From Lama guanicoe (taxonomy: Eukaryota): 64,000 nt of DNA. This document shows positions 42,611 through 53,880 of the stretch, piece by piece. A program made the translations under genes and the position numbers. The stretch is from NCBI GenBank assembly GCA_013239625.1, contig MU053487.1, positions 1,881,058 through 1,945,057 on the forward strand, written 5' to 3'. The notes beneath the pieces were generated by a model that saw nothing but the letters and a program-made list of their open reading frames with translations, did not search any database and had not been told where the DNA came from. Numbering within the stretch: position 1 is the first letter of the stretch; each line of letters begins with the position of its first letter.

Positions 42611-43315
42611 TGAGAGTAATCCAGGCAAGTTAATAACTTAAAATGCAGTATTCTTTGGGTATTTGTTTAGCATTTACTTGAAGAAGTCATTAAGAATCTA
42701 GTTTTACATGAACAATAATTGCATACGTATTTCCTTTTCACCAAAATAGGGATTTTTTATATCTTAGATATAAAACATGCTTTAACATTTGTATTTGTCT
42801 CTCATTTCACTTTTTTTCACCCATCATTTGTATTTGGATAGTGTTATACTCTCATAATCAACCAAGATAAAGTTAACTTACATGAATATAATTATTGAAA
42901 TCATGTTCAAATTGTGTTTTAAAGTTTCTTTGTGTCTTTCACATTGGAAAGTGGTTCTGAAGATATGTTCTTCCTCCCTTTTTTTTTTTTTTACTGATTT
43001 TCCAAGCCAGGCGTCAATTTGGGAATCAGATGAAAAATATTAAAAATTCACATATTAACATAACTTCTTCAAAACATCTCAATGGCATGTGGTAAGCCAC
43101 ACGGTTTTAGGCTATCACTGGATTCTGTGCACTGAATTCAAGTGATAGCCAAAGAGCTGCCTGCCCTGGTGATGCTATCCTGATGGAAAACTCCTCTTCA
43201 GAAATTGGCTATTGCTAGCAAAGGTTCTTCATTTTTAATTCTCACTCTAGGCTTCTGCTTACTTCAGCAGGATGAGTTCCAGATTACATTTTGTTAGTTA
43301 AGAATTCTGGTTGGA

Positions 43316-43382
43316 GAAACTAACACAACACTATAAACTGACTATATTTCAATTAAAAAAAAGTTTAAAAAAATTAAAAAAA
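43316..43382 (+). mobile_element. Very short LINE-1 3'-end insertion with TSD
   Basis: aacacaacactataaactgactatatttcaattaaaaaaaa; TSD AAGAA(TT/CC)CTGGTTGGA at 43300-43315 and 43383-43398. Confidence 0.8.
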
Positions 43383-43939
43383 AAGAACCCTGGTTGGAAA
43401 CCTAAGTTTATATCTACAGAGCTCTTGTGTTTCTATGGAGTGGTCTCCCCAAGGTCACTCTTCTGGCTTATCCTTCAACAGCTCTTGGCTCCCACTCTGC
43501 TCACTGGGCAGAAGCTTAGATTTGGAAATTCCTAGAGAAGTTTGCCTTTAACTGACCTGCCAATAACCTTTATTTAGACTCTGCATGTACTGACTGATGC
43601 CCAATGAAGACAGTCCCAGACAAGAGCAGCAAAGACAGCAGTAAGTCCCACAACTGACACTGAACGTCTAAACCCATTTAGTCGCTTCATGGAAGACAAG
43701 TGAGGGAAAAACTAAGACTTGTTTTCAGATACTCGCCTGACTGATCTCATGGAGGTCAGCTGAATAAGGTTTTATATACATGAAAGTCCCTTTGCAAATA
43801 GAGGTGCTGGCTTATTGTTGAAGCCACCAATGATAATTTCAAATGTCTGTCCTCTCTACTTGTTTGTCATCTATCAGTAAAAATGGAAGTATGTTAGAAA
43901 AGTTATCAGATATTATGTGAAAATAAATAGTTCGATGGT

Positions 43940-45170
43940 AAACCTACCAGAAAAAAACACAGGCAAACATTTTCTGACATAAGTCTTAGCAATGTTTCCT
44001 AGGGCAATCTACCCAGGCAATAGAAATAAGTGCAAAAATTAACAAATTGGGACCTGATTAAATTTATCAGCTTCTGCACAGCAAAGAAAACCATAAGCAA
44101 AAAGACAAATGGGAGAAAAACCATACGCAATGGGAGAAATTGTTTATAAAAGATGAGACTAACAAAGGTTTAATTTCCAAAACACATATAACAGCTCATA
44201 CAACTCAATAAAAAAAAAACCCAAACAACCCACTCCAAAAATGGGCAGAAGACCTAAACAAGCAATTCTCCTATGAAGACATACAAATGGCCAATAGGCA
44301 CATGAAAAAATGCTCAGTATCACTATCAGAGAAATGTAAATCAAAACTACAACAAGGTATCACCTCATACCAAGTCAGAATGGACATCATTCAAAAGTCC
44401 ACAAAGGATAAATGCTGGAGAGGCTGTGGAGAAAATGGAACCCTTTTACATTGCTGGTAGGAATGTAGTTTGGTGCAGCTGTTATGGAAATCAGTATGGA
44501 GATTCCTCAAAAAACCAAAAATAGGCTTACCCTATGATCCAGCCATCCCACTCCTGGGTATAGATATCCAGAGGGAACTCTAATTTGAAAAGATACAAGC
44601 ATCCCAATGTTCATAGCAGCACCACATACAACAGCCAAGAAATGGAAACAACCTAAATGTCCATCAACAGATGACTGGATAAAGAAGCTATGGTATATTT
44701 ATACAATGGAATACTACTCAGCCATAAAAAATAATAATGCCATTTGCAGCAACATGGATGGACCTGGAGATTGTCATTCTAAGTGAAGTAAGCCAGAAAG
44801 AGAAAGAAAAATACCATATGATATCACCTATATGTGGAATCTAAAAAAAGAAATCAAGAGGCTACTAATGAACTTATTCACAAAACAGAAAGGCTCGTAG
44901 ACATAGTTAACAGTCTTATGGTTACTGGGGAAAAGGGGTCAGAAGGGATAAATTTGGGAGTCTGAGATTTGCAAATGTTAGCCACTATATATATAAATAG
45001 ATTTTTTTAAAAGTTTCTTCTGTATAGCACAGGGAACTACATTTAACACCTTATAATAACTCTTAATGAAAAAAATATGAAAATGAATATATGTATGTAT
45101 TTGCATGACTGGGACATTGTGCTGAACACTAGAAACTGACACATTGTAATTGACTACTTCAGTTAAAAAA
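43940..45170 (+). mobile_element. 5'-truncated younger LINE-1 (3' ORF2 + 3' UTR)
   Basis: ORF2 C-terminal phrases (atgactggataaagaag, gcagcaacatggatggacctggag); 3' UTR closely similar to 33130-33430; TSD-like aaatagtt on both sides. Confidence 0.9.
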
Positions 45171-46984
45171 ATAGTTATTCCTTCAATTGAACAAAACAAA
45201 TAATAAAATGCAATTTCGTGCTCTCTTCTGAGTCTATATATCACATTTATCAGATCCTTAGCATTTTTATCTTACAATAAACACCTTCCCTTTCATTTTC
45301 TTCCCCCTTAAGCTCCTTTTAGTAATGAAAAGCAGGGCACTGAAGGAGGATAAACTTAAAATCAACCAAGAAAGTGTTTTTACAGAGCGAAACAGACCAA
45401 ACCTGGTTCAGTTCATGAGCCAGGAAAGATGTTTCTTTACCAGCTTGAACCAGGTCTATACAGAGGCTATTCTAACTCATTTATCCCACAGAACTCATAA
45501 AAAGGTTTTCTTGTTACTCTCAAGGTGCAAAATTGAATTTTCGAAATGGAAGGGTAAAACGGAAAATCACTTCAAAAAAACCTCTAACATTGCTGTCCAT
45601 CTTTTTTTTTTACTTAAAGTTAAACATGTAAAACCTTATTTCATTCTGTGTCTCCTTTCTTAGTTATCAGTACCCTAAACGAGGCAAAAAACATTCATGG
45701 TTCAATGAACAGAAGGATCTGCACTGCAAAAGGGTGATAGACTGGCTTATTTCTCCTGCTCATTCTAGCCTTCACAGCAGCCCCTAGCTGATGGAAGTGG
45801 TTTTGAGGACATACCCACGCAGAACAGGAGATGGAGCTCTTCACTAACACGAACTCAATGGTGCCTCCTGTCTCTTCGGATTAGCCTCATTTATTTTATC
45901 CTACAAAATTCAGAGACTACCAGAAATCAGGGCTGCCTCAATTTCCCATAATTTTCCGTTATTTACGTTGGGGAATCAAAGTCCTTCCAGACTCAGGATC
46001 TATTACTTCAAAATGATGAGAACTTGAAGAAGCAGCTCTGAGTTCCAGGGCTGTGAGATTCAAAGAGAAAGGGCAATATTCCTCACAAAGAAGCAAATCC
46101 CAAAGTACAGGGCACTCTGCAGGCAAACATTGGGCGCACGTATTTGTGGCAAAGGAAGACCTTAGCCCTCTTTGACAAGGACGACCGACAGTAAAATCCA
46201 TGCAAATGAAGCTGTAAAACCCCTTCTCATCAGACTGCTCCATCCAAACCCCTTGTACAAAAGAAATAATGTAACCGCCCCTAGAATTGGCAGATTTAAT
46301 TGACTGACGTTTGAGGACGGCCATATACATTCACTTCCCCTGTTTACCTCTCTTATGTATGCTCTTTCCTCTTCAATATTTCTGTTTTGTTTTTCAGCTT
46401 TGTTCTATGTAGATCTTTCATTCCTTCCCCTCTTTACTCTCTTTAAACGGTAGGGAAAAAATTTTTGGAAATGAAAACCCCTCACCATTCATGAAAAGGC
46501 AGCAAAAGCGCAGTTTTTATTATTATTCCTTCTGACAAAACACTAAAGAGACGCAATTCTTCTATACTTATGAACACGTGGGCTTGCTGGACCTTTGTCC
46601 CTACATGTAGCCTATGAGGAATTGTGAAATTAACCACTTGTATGTTGAAGAACAATCCTCTTTAGAAAAAGACTCCTCGGCAACTTAACCGAAGCCACTA
46701 CAGTTCAAAGTGGTTATCTGGGAGGTTCCCATTAGACACAACACTCTGATCCAAGGGGGCCTTGGAAATGACACATTTAACTCTTACTCTGTTTCACTCC
46801 AAGCGCACGCACTTACTGAAAAAAACGAGCAGCCGCTGCGGAATGGAGATTAGGATATAAACAGAGGTAAAAAACGCAGGTGAGACCCGTGTTCACATCA
46901 CGTCCCTACCTTTCGAAACGCTAATGAACCCCAGGGGGAGAGATGATCTGTCTGTCTCGCCATGCAACCGCGGACAGCACTCAC

Positions 46985-47102
46985 CCTTCCACGAAGTTTG
47001 CGAGCCCAAGACGCTGTCTTTTTGCAGCCTCTGCAAGAGCAGCGTGCTCTTTCCTTTTCTTCCAGTTTTTTCGATTCCCTCCAAGAAAGCTTTCTCTGTG
47101 TG
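46985..47102 (-). other. Candidate spliced exon (118 nt), product unknown, probably non-coding
   Basis: Minus strand: branch-like ATTAAC, pyrimidine tract CATTTTCCCCCCCTGGTTTTACTGTTTCCACAG|, donor AGG|GTGAGT. Confidence 0.45.
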
Positions 47103-47201
47103 CTGTGGAAACAGTAAAACCAGGGGGGGAAAATGGGTTAATCGTTTATTTATCACCACTAAAAGGTAGGTAATAAATAAGGTAGAGACTATTTCCACTT
47201 T

Positions 47202-48888
47202 TTAAAATTGTTGTTGTTGAGGTTTAGTTCATGGAGAGACACTATTACGTACGTTTCCAGGGTACCACAAAATGATTCAACATTTTTAAAAGTTATACAC
47301 TATTAAAAGTTATTATAAAATAATTGGCTCTGTTTCCTGTTCTGTACAATACAACCTTGTATTTTATACGTAATAGTTTGCACCTCTTAATGTCCTCCCA
47401 CTATCTTGCCCCTCCCACCTTCCCCTCCTCACTGATAACCACTAGTTTGTTGTGAGTCCGGCTTTTTTTTTTTTTTTTTCCTCCCCTCTCCTGGCCTCGT
47501 CGTCCTCCTAGGTCGGCCCCCTCTGCAACCACCAGGAGAGGTTCCAGGCTGAGCAAACCTTGTCGACAGGCTGAACAATCCTTGTCCGCAGGCTGAGCAC
47601 ACCTCCTCTGCAGGCTGCGCAAACGGCGTCCTCCACCTGCCATGGCAGAGTTCCTCTTCCGGGACACGTGAAAAAGCCGCGAGGACCCCAAATGGAGTGG
47701 CTAGCGAGCTGCCTGAGTGGACGGGAGCCTAGAGCAGCCAGCTGGCAGCGATTCAGGCGCCGGCACCACCACCTGTGGGGTCCTCGCGCCTGGCCACGCC
47801 CTTTTCCCGCCGGCGGGTTGTGGTAAGCTCGTTTTTTTTCCCGTATGTTTTGACCAGTTTGTTTTCTCTTTTAGAGCCCACATATAAGTGACATTGTACT
47901 GTATTTGTCCTTCTCTGACTTATTTCACTTACCCTCCGTGTTCATCTGCGGGGTTGCAAATGGCAAAATTTTATGCCTTTTTATGGCTGAGTAGTTTTCC
48001 ATTGTATAAATATACCACATTTTCTTTATCCAGTCATCTGTTGATGACTAGTTAGGTTGCTTCCGTATCCTGGCAATTGCAAATAATGCTGCTATGAACA
48101 TTGGGGTGCACATATCTTTTTACATTAGTGTTTTCATTTTCTTTGGCAACATACCTGGAAGTGGGATTGCTGCATCATATGGTAAGTCTATTTTTAGTGT
48201 TTGAGGACCCTCCACTGCATTCTCACCAACAGTTTTGGAGGGTTCCCTTTTCTCCACACCCTCTCCAGCATTAATTACTTGTGTTCTTTTTGATGATAGC
48301 CATTCTAAAGTGGTATCAGGTGATGCCTCATTGTAGTTTTAATTAGAATTTCTCTGATATTTAGTGATGTTAACCATCTTTTCATGTGACTGTTAGCCAT
48401 CTGTATGTCTTCTCTGGGAAAATGCTTATGTCAGGTCTTCTGCCCATTGTTTAATTGGGTTTTTGGGGGGTTTTTATGTTTTGTATGAGCTGTTTATACA
48501 ATTTAGATCTTAACCCCTTGTCAGTCATATAGTTTGCAAATATTTTCTCCCATTCAGTCGGTTGTCTTTCATTTTTCTCACTGGTTTCCGTTGCTGTGCA
48601 AAAGCTTTTAAGTTTAATTAGGTCATTTTTGTTTATTTTGGCTTTTATTTCCTTTGCTTTAGGAGGCATCTAAAAAAATTGCTGTGATTTATGTCAAAGA
48701 GTGTTCCACCTCTGTTTTCTTCTAGGAATTTTATGGTTTCTGGTCTTACACTTAGGTCTTTAATCCATTTTGAGTTTACTTTTGTATATGGTGTTAGAGA
48801 ATGTTCTAATTTTATTCTTTTAAGTGCAATTGTTGGGTTTGCCCAGCACCATTTATTGAAGAGGCTTTTCTCCAATGTATATTCTTGC
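47202..48888 (-). mobile_element. 5'-truncated antisense LINE-1 (3' ORF2 + 3' UTR) containing a non-L1 GC-rich insert
   Basis: ORF2 peptides [26 protein letters not shown] and SLFNKWCW...KWIKDL; TSD-like AGGTAGAGACTATTTCCACTTT (47180-47201) and AGGTAGGAACTATTTCCCCTTT (48889-48910). Confidence 0.9.
47545..47632. repeat. 4 x 22-bp diverged tandem repeat (CAGGCTG..CA...)
   Basis: CAGGCTGAGCAAACCTTGTCGA / CAGGCTGAACAATCCTTGTCCG / CAGGCTGAGCACACCTCCTCTG / CAGGCTGCGCAAACGGCGTCCT. Confidence 0.85.
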
Positions 48889-50234
48889 AGGTAGGAACTA
48901 TTTCCCCTTTAATGAAAACACATTCCAGGGAACCCACTGTGCAAATGCCTCGCAAATTTCTCCTACTATTTGGAGAGGACAGAGGATGTCATGTCCTGGG
49001 GACTCATTGGGTCTCCAGCATTCTTGGAGTGATGAGGATAACTTTTGAGTGGGAGTTTTACAACAGAGCTTGAAGCTGTTAGGGCAGATATTTTCAGGAA
49101 AGTGTTTCATGTGTTTTTTTTTTAATTATAGTGACTTTGTTTTGGAAAGAAATTCTGGTCAATTCGATACTGTGAGTGATGTGATCTATTTGATTTGTGA
49201 CAAGCCTAACTCAGAGTTTCTTACATTGAATAATGTGATGCTTTTTGGAAATGGATGATGCAGAGTACTCATTATGGATGTACATCACATAGCGTCTTCT
49301 TATAGTTTAGTCTCAGTAACAATTTACACCTGATGCCCTTTCAGTGCTGTTGATAAGGAAGACCACTTAATGGAGATTTAGGCAGTCAGGTTCGAGTTAA
49401 TGGCATTTGTTGGTTCTATTATGTAATAAAAAAGAAAGTTTATTTTTAGTTCCTTTTCATTTAATTTGTGTGAAAAAATAAAACAACAACAAATTGTGAA
49501 CCTAAAAAGAGGTTTCAGAAGGCCTTCGATGGAGTACATGTTAGCATTATGCTCTTGAATTCTGTTGAGGATTTTTTCTGTTTAAACTTTGGTTGGAGTG
49601 GCTCTTAGATTGTGTGGTTCATTTAGAACTTAGTAGAAGAAAATTAAGTACCTTTTCTGAAAATGTGTTCCTTTTTATATAATAAGGTATCTATAATTAT
49701 CTCCTTTTATATCAGCTGCAAAAAAAATGCTTGTAATTCATCACAATTTATATTGGCTCATTATTCCATATGTTTATGTTCTATTATTACTCCTTTAGGA
49801 ATTCTACTTAAAGTTTAACAAAATTACAATGAAAAAGATTATGTGAAAACTGAATATAAAATAATATCTTTCTCCTTTCTCAAGGAGCGATATTGCTGAT
49901 GGCTTCTAATAAAAGTAGGTTGTGAAAGTTACTATGAAACCTTTGCCCATCATTCCAATGGTTTCCCCAGGTTATGTCAATATAAGGCTATTAGGCATCA
50001 ATTGACGGGGAAGGGATTTGAAACAGAGGATAGAGAGGTGTCAGGAAACTTTTTAGGTTTTTACTCACAGGTGTCCTTAAAAGCCAATTCTGGTTATCAG
50101 TAAGAAAGAGGTTAACCTGAAGAGCTTTCTGGAAGGGAAAATACCAATATGTGTACTTTACACATGTGATGAGGATAATAGCCTTTTAAAAATAGTTTGA
50201 GGAGTCTTGAAATGTTCCAAGTCCAAGCATTTCC

Positions 50235-50387
50235 TTTTTTTTTTAACTTTTTTTTTTTACTTTATTACATTTTGGTGTGGGGGGAGGTAATTAGGTTTAT
50301 TTATTGTTTTAAACAGAGAGCTGGGGATTGAACCCAGGACCTCATGCATGCTAAGCACATACCCTAACTACTGAGCTCTACTCTTCC
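50235..50387 (-). mobile_element. tRNA-Ala-like SINE, Vic-1-like (more diverged)
   Basis: ggggattgaacccaggacctcatgcatgctaagcac...ctgagct, plus the gggggaggtaattaggttt tail shared with the other copies. Confidence 0.85.
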
Positions 50388-52026
50388 ACGAGTTTCTTCT
50401 TATATATGAGAAAAATAAAAATATCAAGGGATTAAATGACTTCCCCAGTATCCCTATAGCTGAGCCAGAACTGGAATGCACTGAAACATTGTTTTTTGTT
50501 TAATTGTTTTGGCTTTTGTTTTCAAATATCACAGATTTCTGAACAAGCATTTGGGAATTCTGATAGTAATACAAACTTAAGGATTAATGCAGCTCTAGTT
50601 ACCTTTAGTCAGAATCACCCTGATTTACACTGAGACTCAACTGCATTAGAGCTGGAAAAATAAAAGTGGAAGTAAATGTCTTCAAATCATGAAAATCTGC
50701 TGTTCTGCAACTGTAGAATGTTCCATCACTTCTCTGTTTATCCCAGCAGGCCCTGCTAAGAAAGGCCGCGTCTGACCTGTGTCTGATCTACACAGCTGCG
50801 TGTTATAAAGTCAAAGTAACATGCAGAGGATTCAATGATCTTCACTGTCATTCTGTTCCAGAGACAGGTATTTAAGTCCTCAGTAAAAAGAAATTTGAGA
50901 AAATTATTTGACAACATAAATGCACCCACCTGTATGTGCTGACCTGATAACCTCACATCCTTCCTAAGAAATAATGACAAATTCAGAAGAAAATGACTTT
51001 ATGTCAAAATCTCGATGCTATTATTTACAATACTGAAAAATTAACAAGAATAAAAAGCAAAATAAAGTATTTATGAAATATGGTCATTTGATGGAACATT
51101 CGGCAAACAAAAATTTATGTAACATGAGAAAATGCAGATGTCCATTGTTAAAGAGCAGAGAACAAAATAAAACAAAATATTAGAGGTTGTGCCCCTGAAT
51201 AATGAGGATTAAGAGATTAAATTTACTTCCAGTAAATTTTTCTGCATGTTCCCATTTATCTCCATAGAATAAACGTATACTTTATTGTGTAAACAACAGT
51301 TTGCTTAAAATTGAAAAACAGATGCAAGAAAATGATAGGAGCTGTTAAGGGCTCCAGTGCAGGATGTTGTGGAAAGGGAAAAATGTGTACAATTATAACA
51401 ATGCCGTGCTTTTGGTTTTAGGGAGCTGGAGGACCTCACTCGGAGCCATTGAAGTTCTCGGTAAGACTGCTACTTCATGTTTAATTCTGCTCTTGTGTTT
51501 AATTCATGGGAAAAATGAGATTTTTATTACTCATTGTTACCTTCTCATTTTCTGTTCTGCCACCTTGCCCCTTCTGTCATCTTCCTGCTTTCCTTCCATG
51601 TCATGGAGACTCTTGGAGTTTGGAAAAAAACTCTTAACTGAAGTTTGGTGACAAACTCACGGTATTTGGTCATTCCATTTTGAAAAGATTAAACATGGGT
51701 CTAGGCAGCCACGTATTCTGGTCAAAATGATAAAAGTGCAATAAACCCCTCCTGCTGTGTGTTTTGAATTACATGATAAATCTGTTAGTTCGTCCTATTT
51801 ATGCCTAATAACAGAGACGCCTCGGGAAACCAAGTTCCTTCCCCAGGATTGTTTTCAGATAATCGGTGGTGTTAGATAGTTAATGTTTCAGAGAAGGAGG
51901 CTTAACTGTTGGCTTTTCTGTGTGTTAAGTTTCATGTCTCGTAGCTTTTTGTGACTTTTGTTTTTCTCCACGTAGCTTTACTTGGGTGGCCCACCCATTG
52001 CCAAACACTTGGCATATGTTGTAAAT

Positions 52027-52363
52027 CAGGTGTTGGTAAAGTTTCTCTGTAAAGGGTCAGATAGTAAATGTTTCAGGATGTGTGGTCCACGTACAGTTTC
52101 TTTTGCAACTCCTCAAATCTGCCAGTTTGCAGCCCAAAAGCAGTCACAGGGGATATGTAAGTGCTTAGACACGGCCGTTTCTAATCATGGTTTACGTATG
52201 AACACCGAAATTTGAATTTCACATGATTTCCACATCATGAAATACTCTTCTTTTGATGTCTTTTCAACCATTTAAAAGTGTAAGCATCATCCTTAGCTCA
52301 CATACTACAGAAAAACAGATGCAGGCAAGAATTGGCTAGCCAGTCGTGTTTCCCTTACCCCTG
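52027..52363 (+). mobile_element. MER58B-like hAT-Charlie DNA transposon fossil
   Basis: CAGG...CCTG termini; ctgtaaagggtcagatagtaaat; gaaatttgaatttcaca; ~337 bp. Confidence 0.8.
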
Positions 52364-53409
52364 CCACAAATCAGGCAGGAACAAAGTGGTGGGCAAAAAA
52401 TCTGGGATTCTGCTGAGTACAACCTGGCCCTGGTCCTCAAGCTGCTCTTCAGCAGACCCTTCACTGTATTGTCACCTGGACACATCTTCAGCGTACCATC
52501 ACACTGCACGCCTTTGCTCTGTGTGTGATACATTAAAAAATGGCCCTAATTCTTCCTGTTCCTTCTGTCAGGAGATGAGAGAGAGAGACTATACTTACTC
52601 GTGCAGTCTGGGCTTGTGACTTTCTTTTGCCCATAGAATATACCCAAAGTGACATTGTGCAAATTTAGGCTAGCCTTTTTCCCACTTCTACCCTTGCTCT
52701 TAAAAAAAAACCTGTGTTTGTTTGATGAGATTTTGTGTCATAATTAATTCATATGTAATTAATATAAGTATAAAATATAATGAATAGAATATGAAAATCA
52801 AGTAGTGTCGTTCTAGAAGAAATTGAGATCCTAAAAAGTTGAAGTGACTTTTTACAGTAGCAATTTTGAAAGTCAGAGGCAGTGACATGCCTGAAACACA
52901 AATATTAAACTGCTAGTCACCACTCACAAAATCATCTCACCATTTCAGAAGAAAGATATGGAAAATGTTAGTAGTAAGGATTTATTATACCTGATTCTTT
53001 ATGAGATGGTTTAAGAAGAAGACACACCATGATTTAAAAATTTGGCAAATACGTAGATATATTATAAACTTGATGTTAAAATTGCAGTACAGAACACCCA
53101 TTAGACACATCTTTGGTGAAGAAATGGTGCTCAATGTACTGTTCAGGGTAATTTTCTTTTCCCTGAAAGAATTGTCCTCCATAAAAAAAGAGATATCACG
53201 TACCTTTTGAAAGGCATCTTTGTAATAGATTTTGTTCAGTTATATGAGACTTGGGAGTTCAGTAGAATGGAACATTCACTCAGTTTGCAACTGGTATTTG
53301 CCCCCGTGTTAGAAAAATTGACAAAGTTTGTTGAAACTAGAAATCCCTCAACTTGGTTGTAGTGAAGTTTAAGACACTAAATGAAAGATGGACATTCTTA
53401 ATATGATAT

Positions 53410-53880
53410 CTTATGTTGGATTCCTTAGAAACAAGGCCTGAGACATGGATTTTTGTTTTCAGGGTTGTACTGAGAGGTGTACTCAAGAAAAAGAAAGTGA
53501 AGGAAGCAGGGTGAGGTATGGGGCAGTGGGGAGAAGGGGATGTTAAGAGCTAGGAGAGGAAGTTACGGCAGCTAGAGTGGAGTTTCAGCCCGATCTCACG
53601 AGGAATTTTGTAACATGAATTGTGCCACAGAAATTATCCCTTCCAGAAACAGGGGCACCGGACTTTTTTTTTTTTTCTCCGCCCACACACTCACTACATA
53701 AGGTTTTGGCGAAGATGCGGCAGGGTCTTTTGGGTCAGTGGCTTCCATTTGGTAGAAGGCAATTTTGAGATCAGGGAAAGGAGCAGCTGTGAGCCTTTTA
53801 GGAGCCCAAACTCAGAGTCTACAAGATGAGTATATATTAACCTAGTAAATGTAATCCCAGTGGGTCACCAGTAACATCCA
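53410..53880. mobile_element. MaLR (MLT1-like) LTR
   Basis: gttggattccttagaaacaaggcctgagacatggat...cagcccgatctcacgagga. Confidence 0.5.

Larger units (their letters stand above)
46790..47860. promoter_or_regulatory. CpG-island-like putative (bidirectional) promoter region
   Basis: Visibly dense CpGs compared with a CpG-poor window; CACGTG E-box (~47665-47670), ETS CTTCCGG (~47656-47662), KLF/SP GCCACGCCC (~47793-47801); candidate exons diverge on both strands. Confidence 0.5.

Noticed and set aside
47401..47691. ORF MAGGGRRLRSLQRR...KKKKK as a protein gene
   Set aside because: It reads through the poly(A) run into L1 sequence and matches no known protein.
47480..47860. rDNA intergenic spacer/Sal-box resemblance (AGGTCGGCC, GTCGACAGG, TTGACCAG next to T-runs)
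   Set aside because: There is no exact GGTCGACCAG and no rRNA sequence; the last motif is explained by the host L1.
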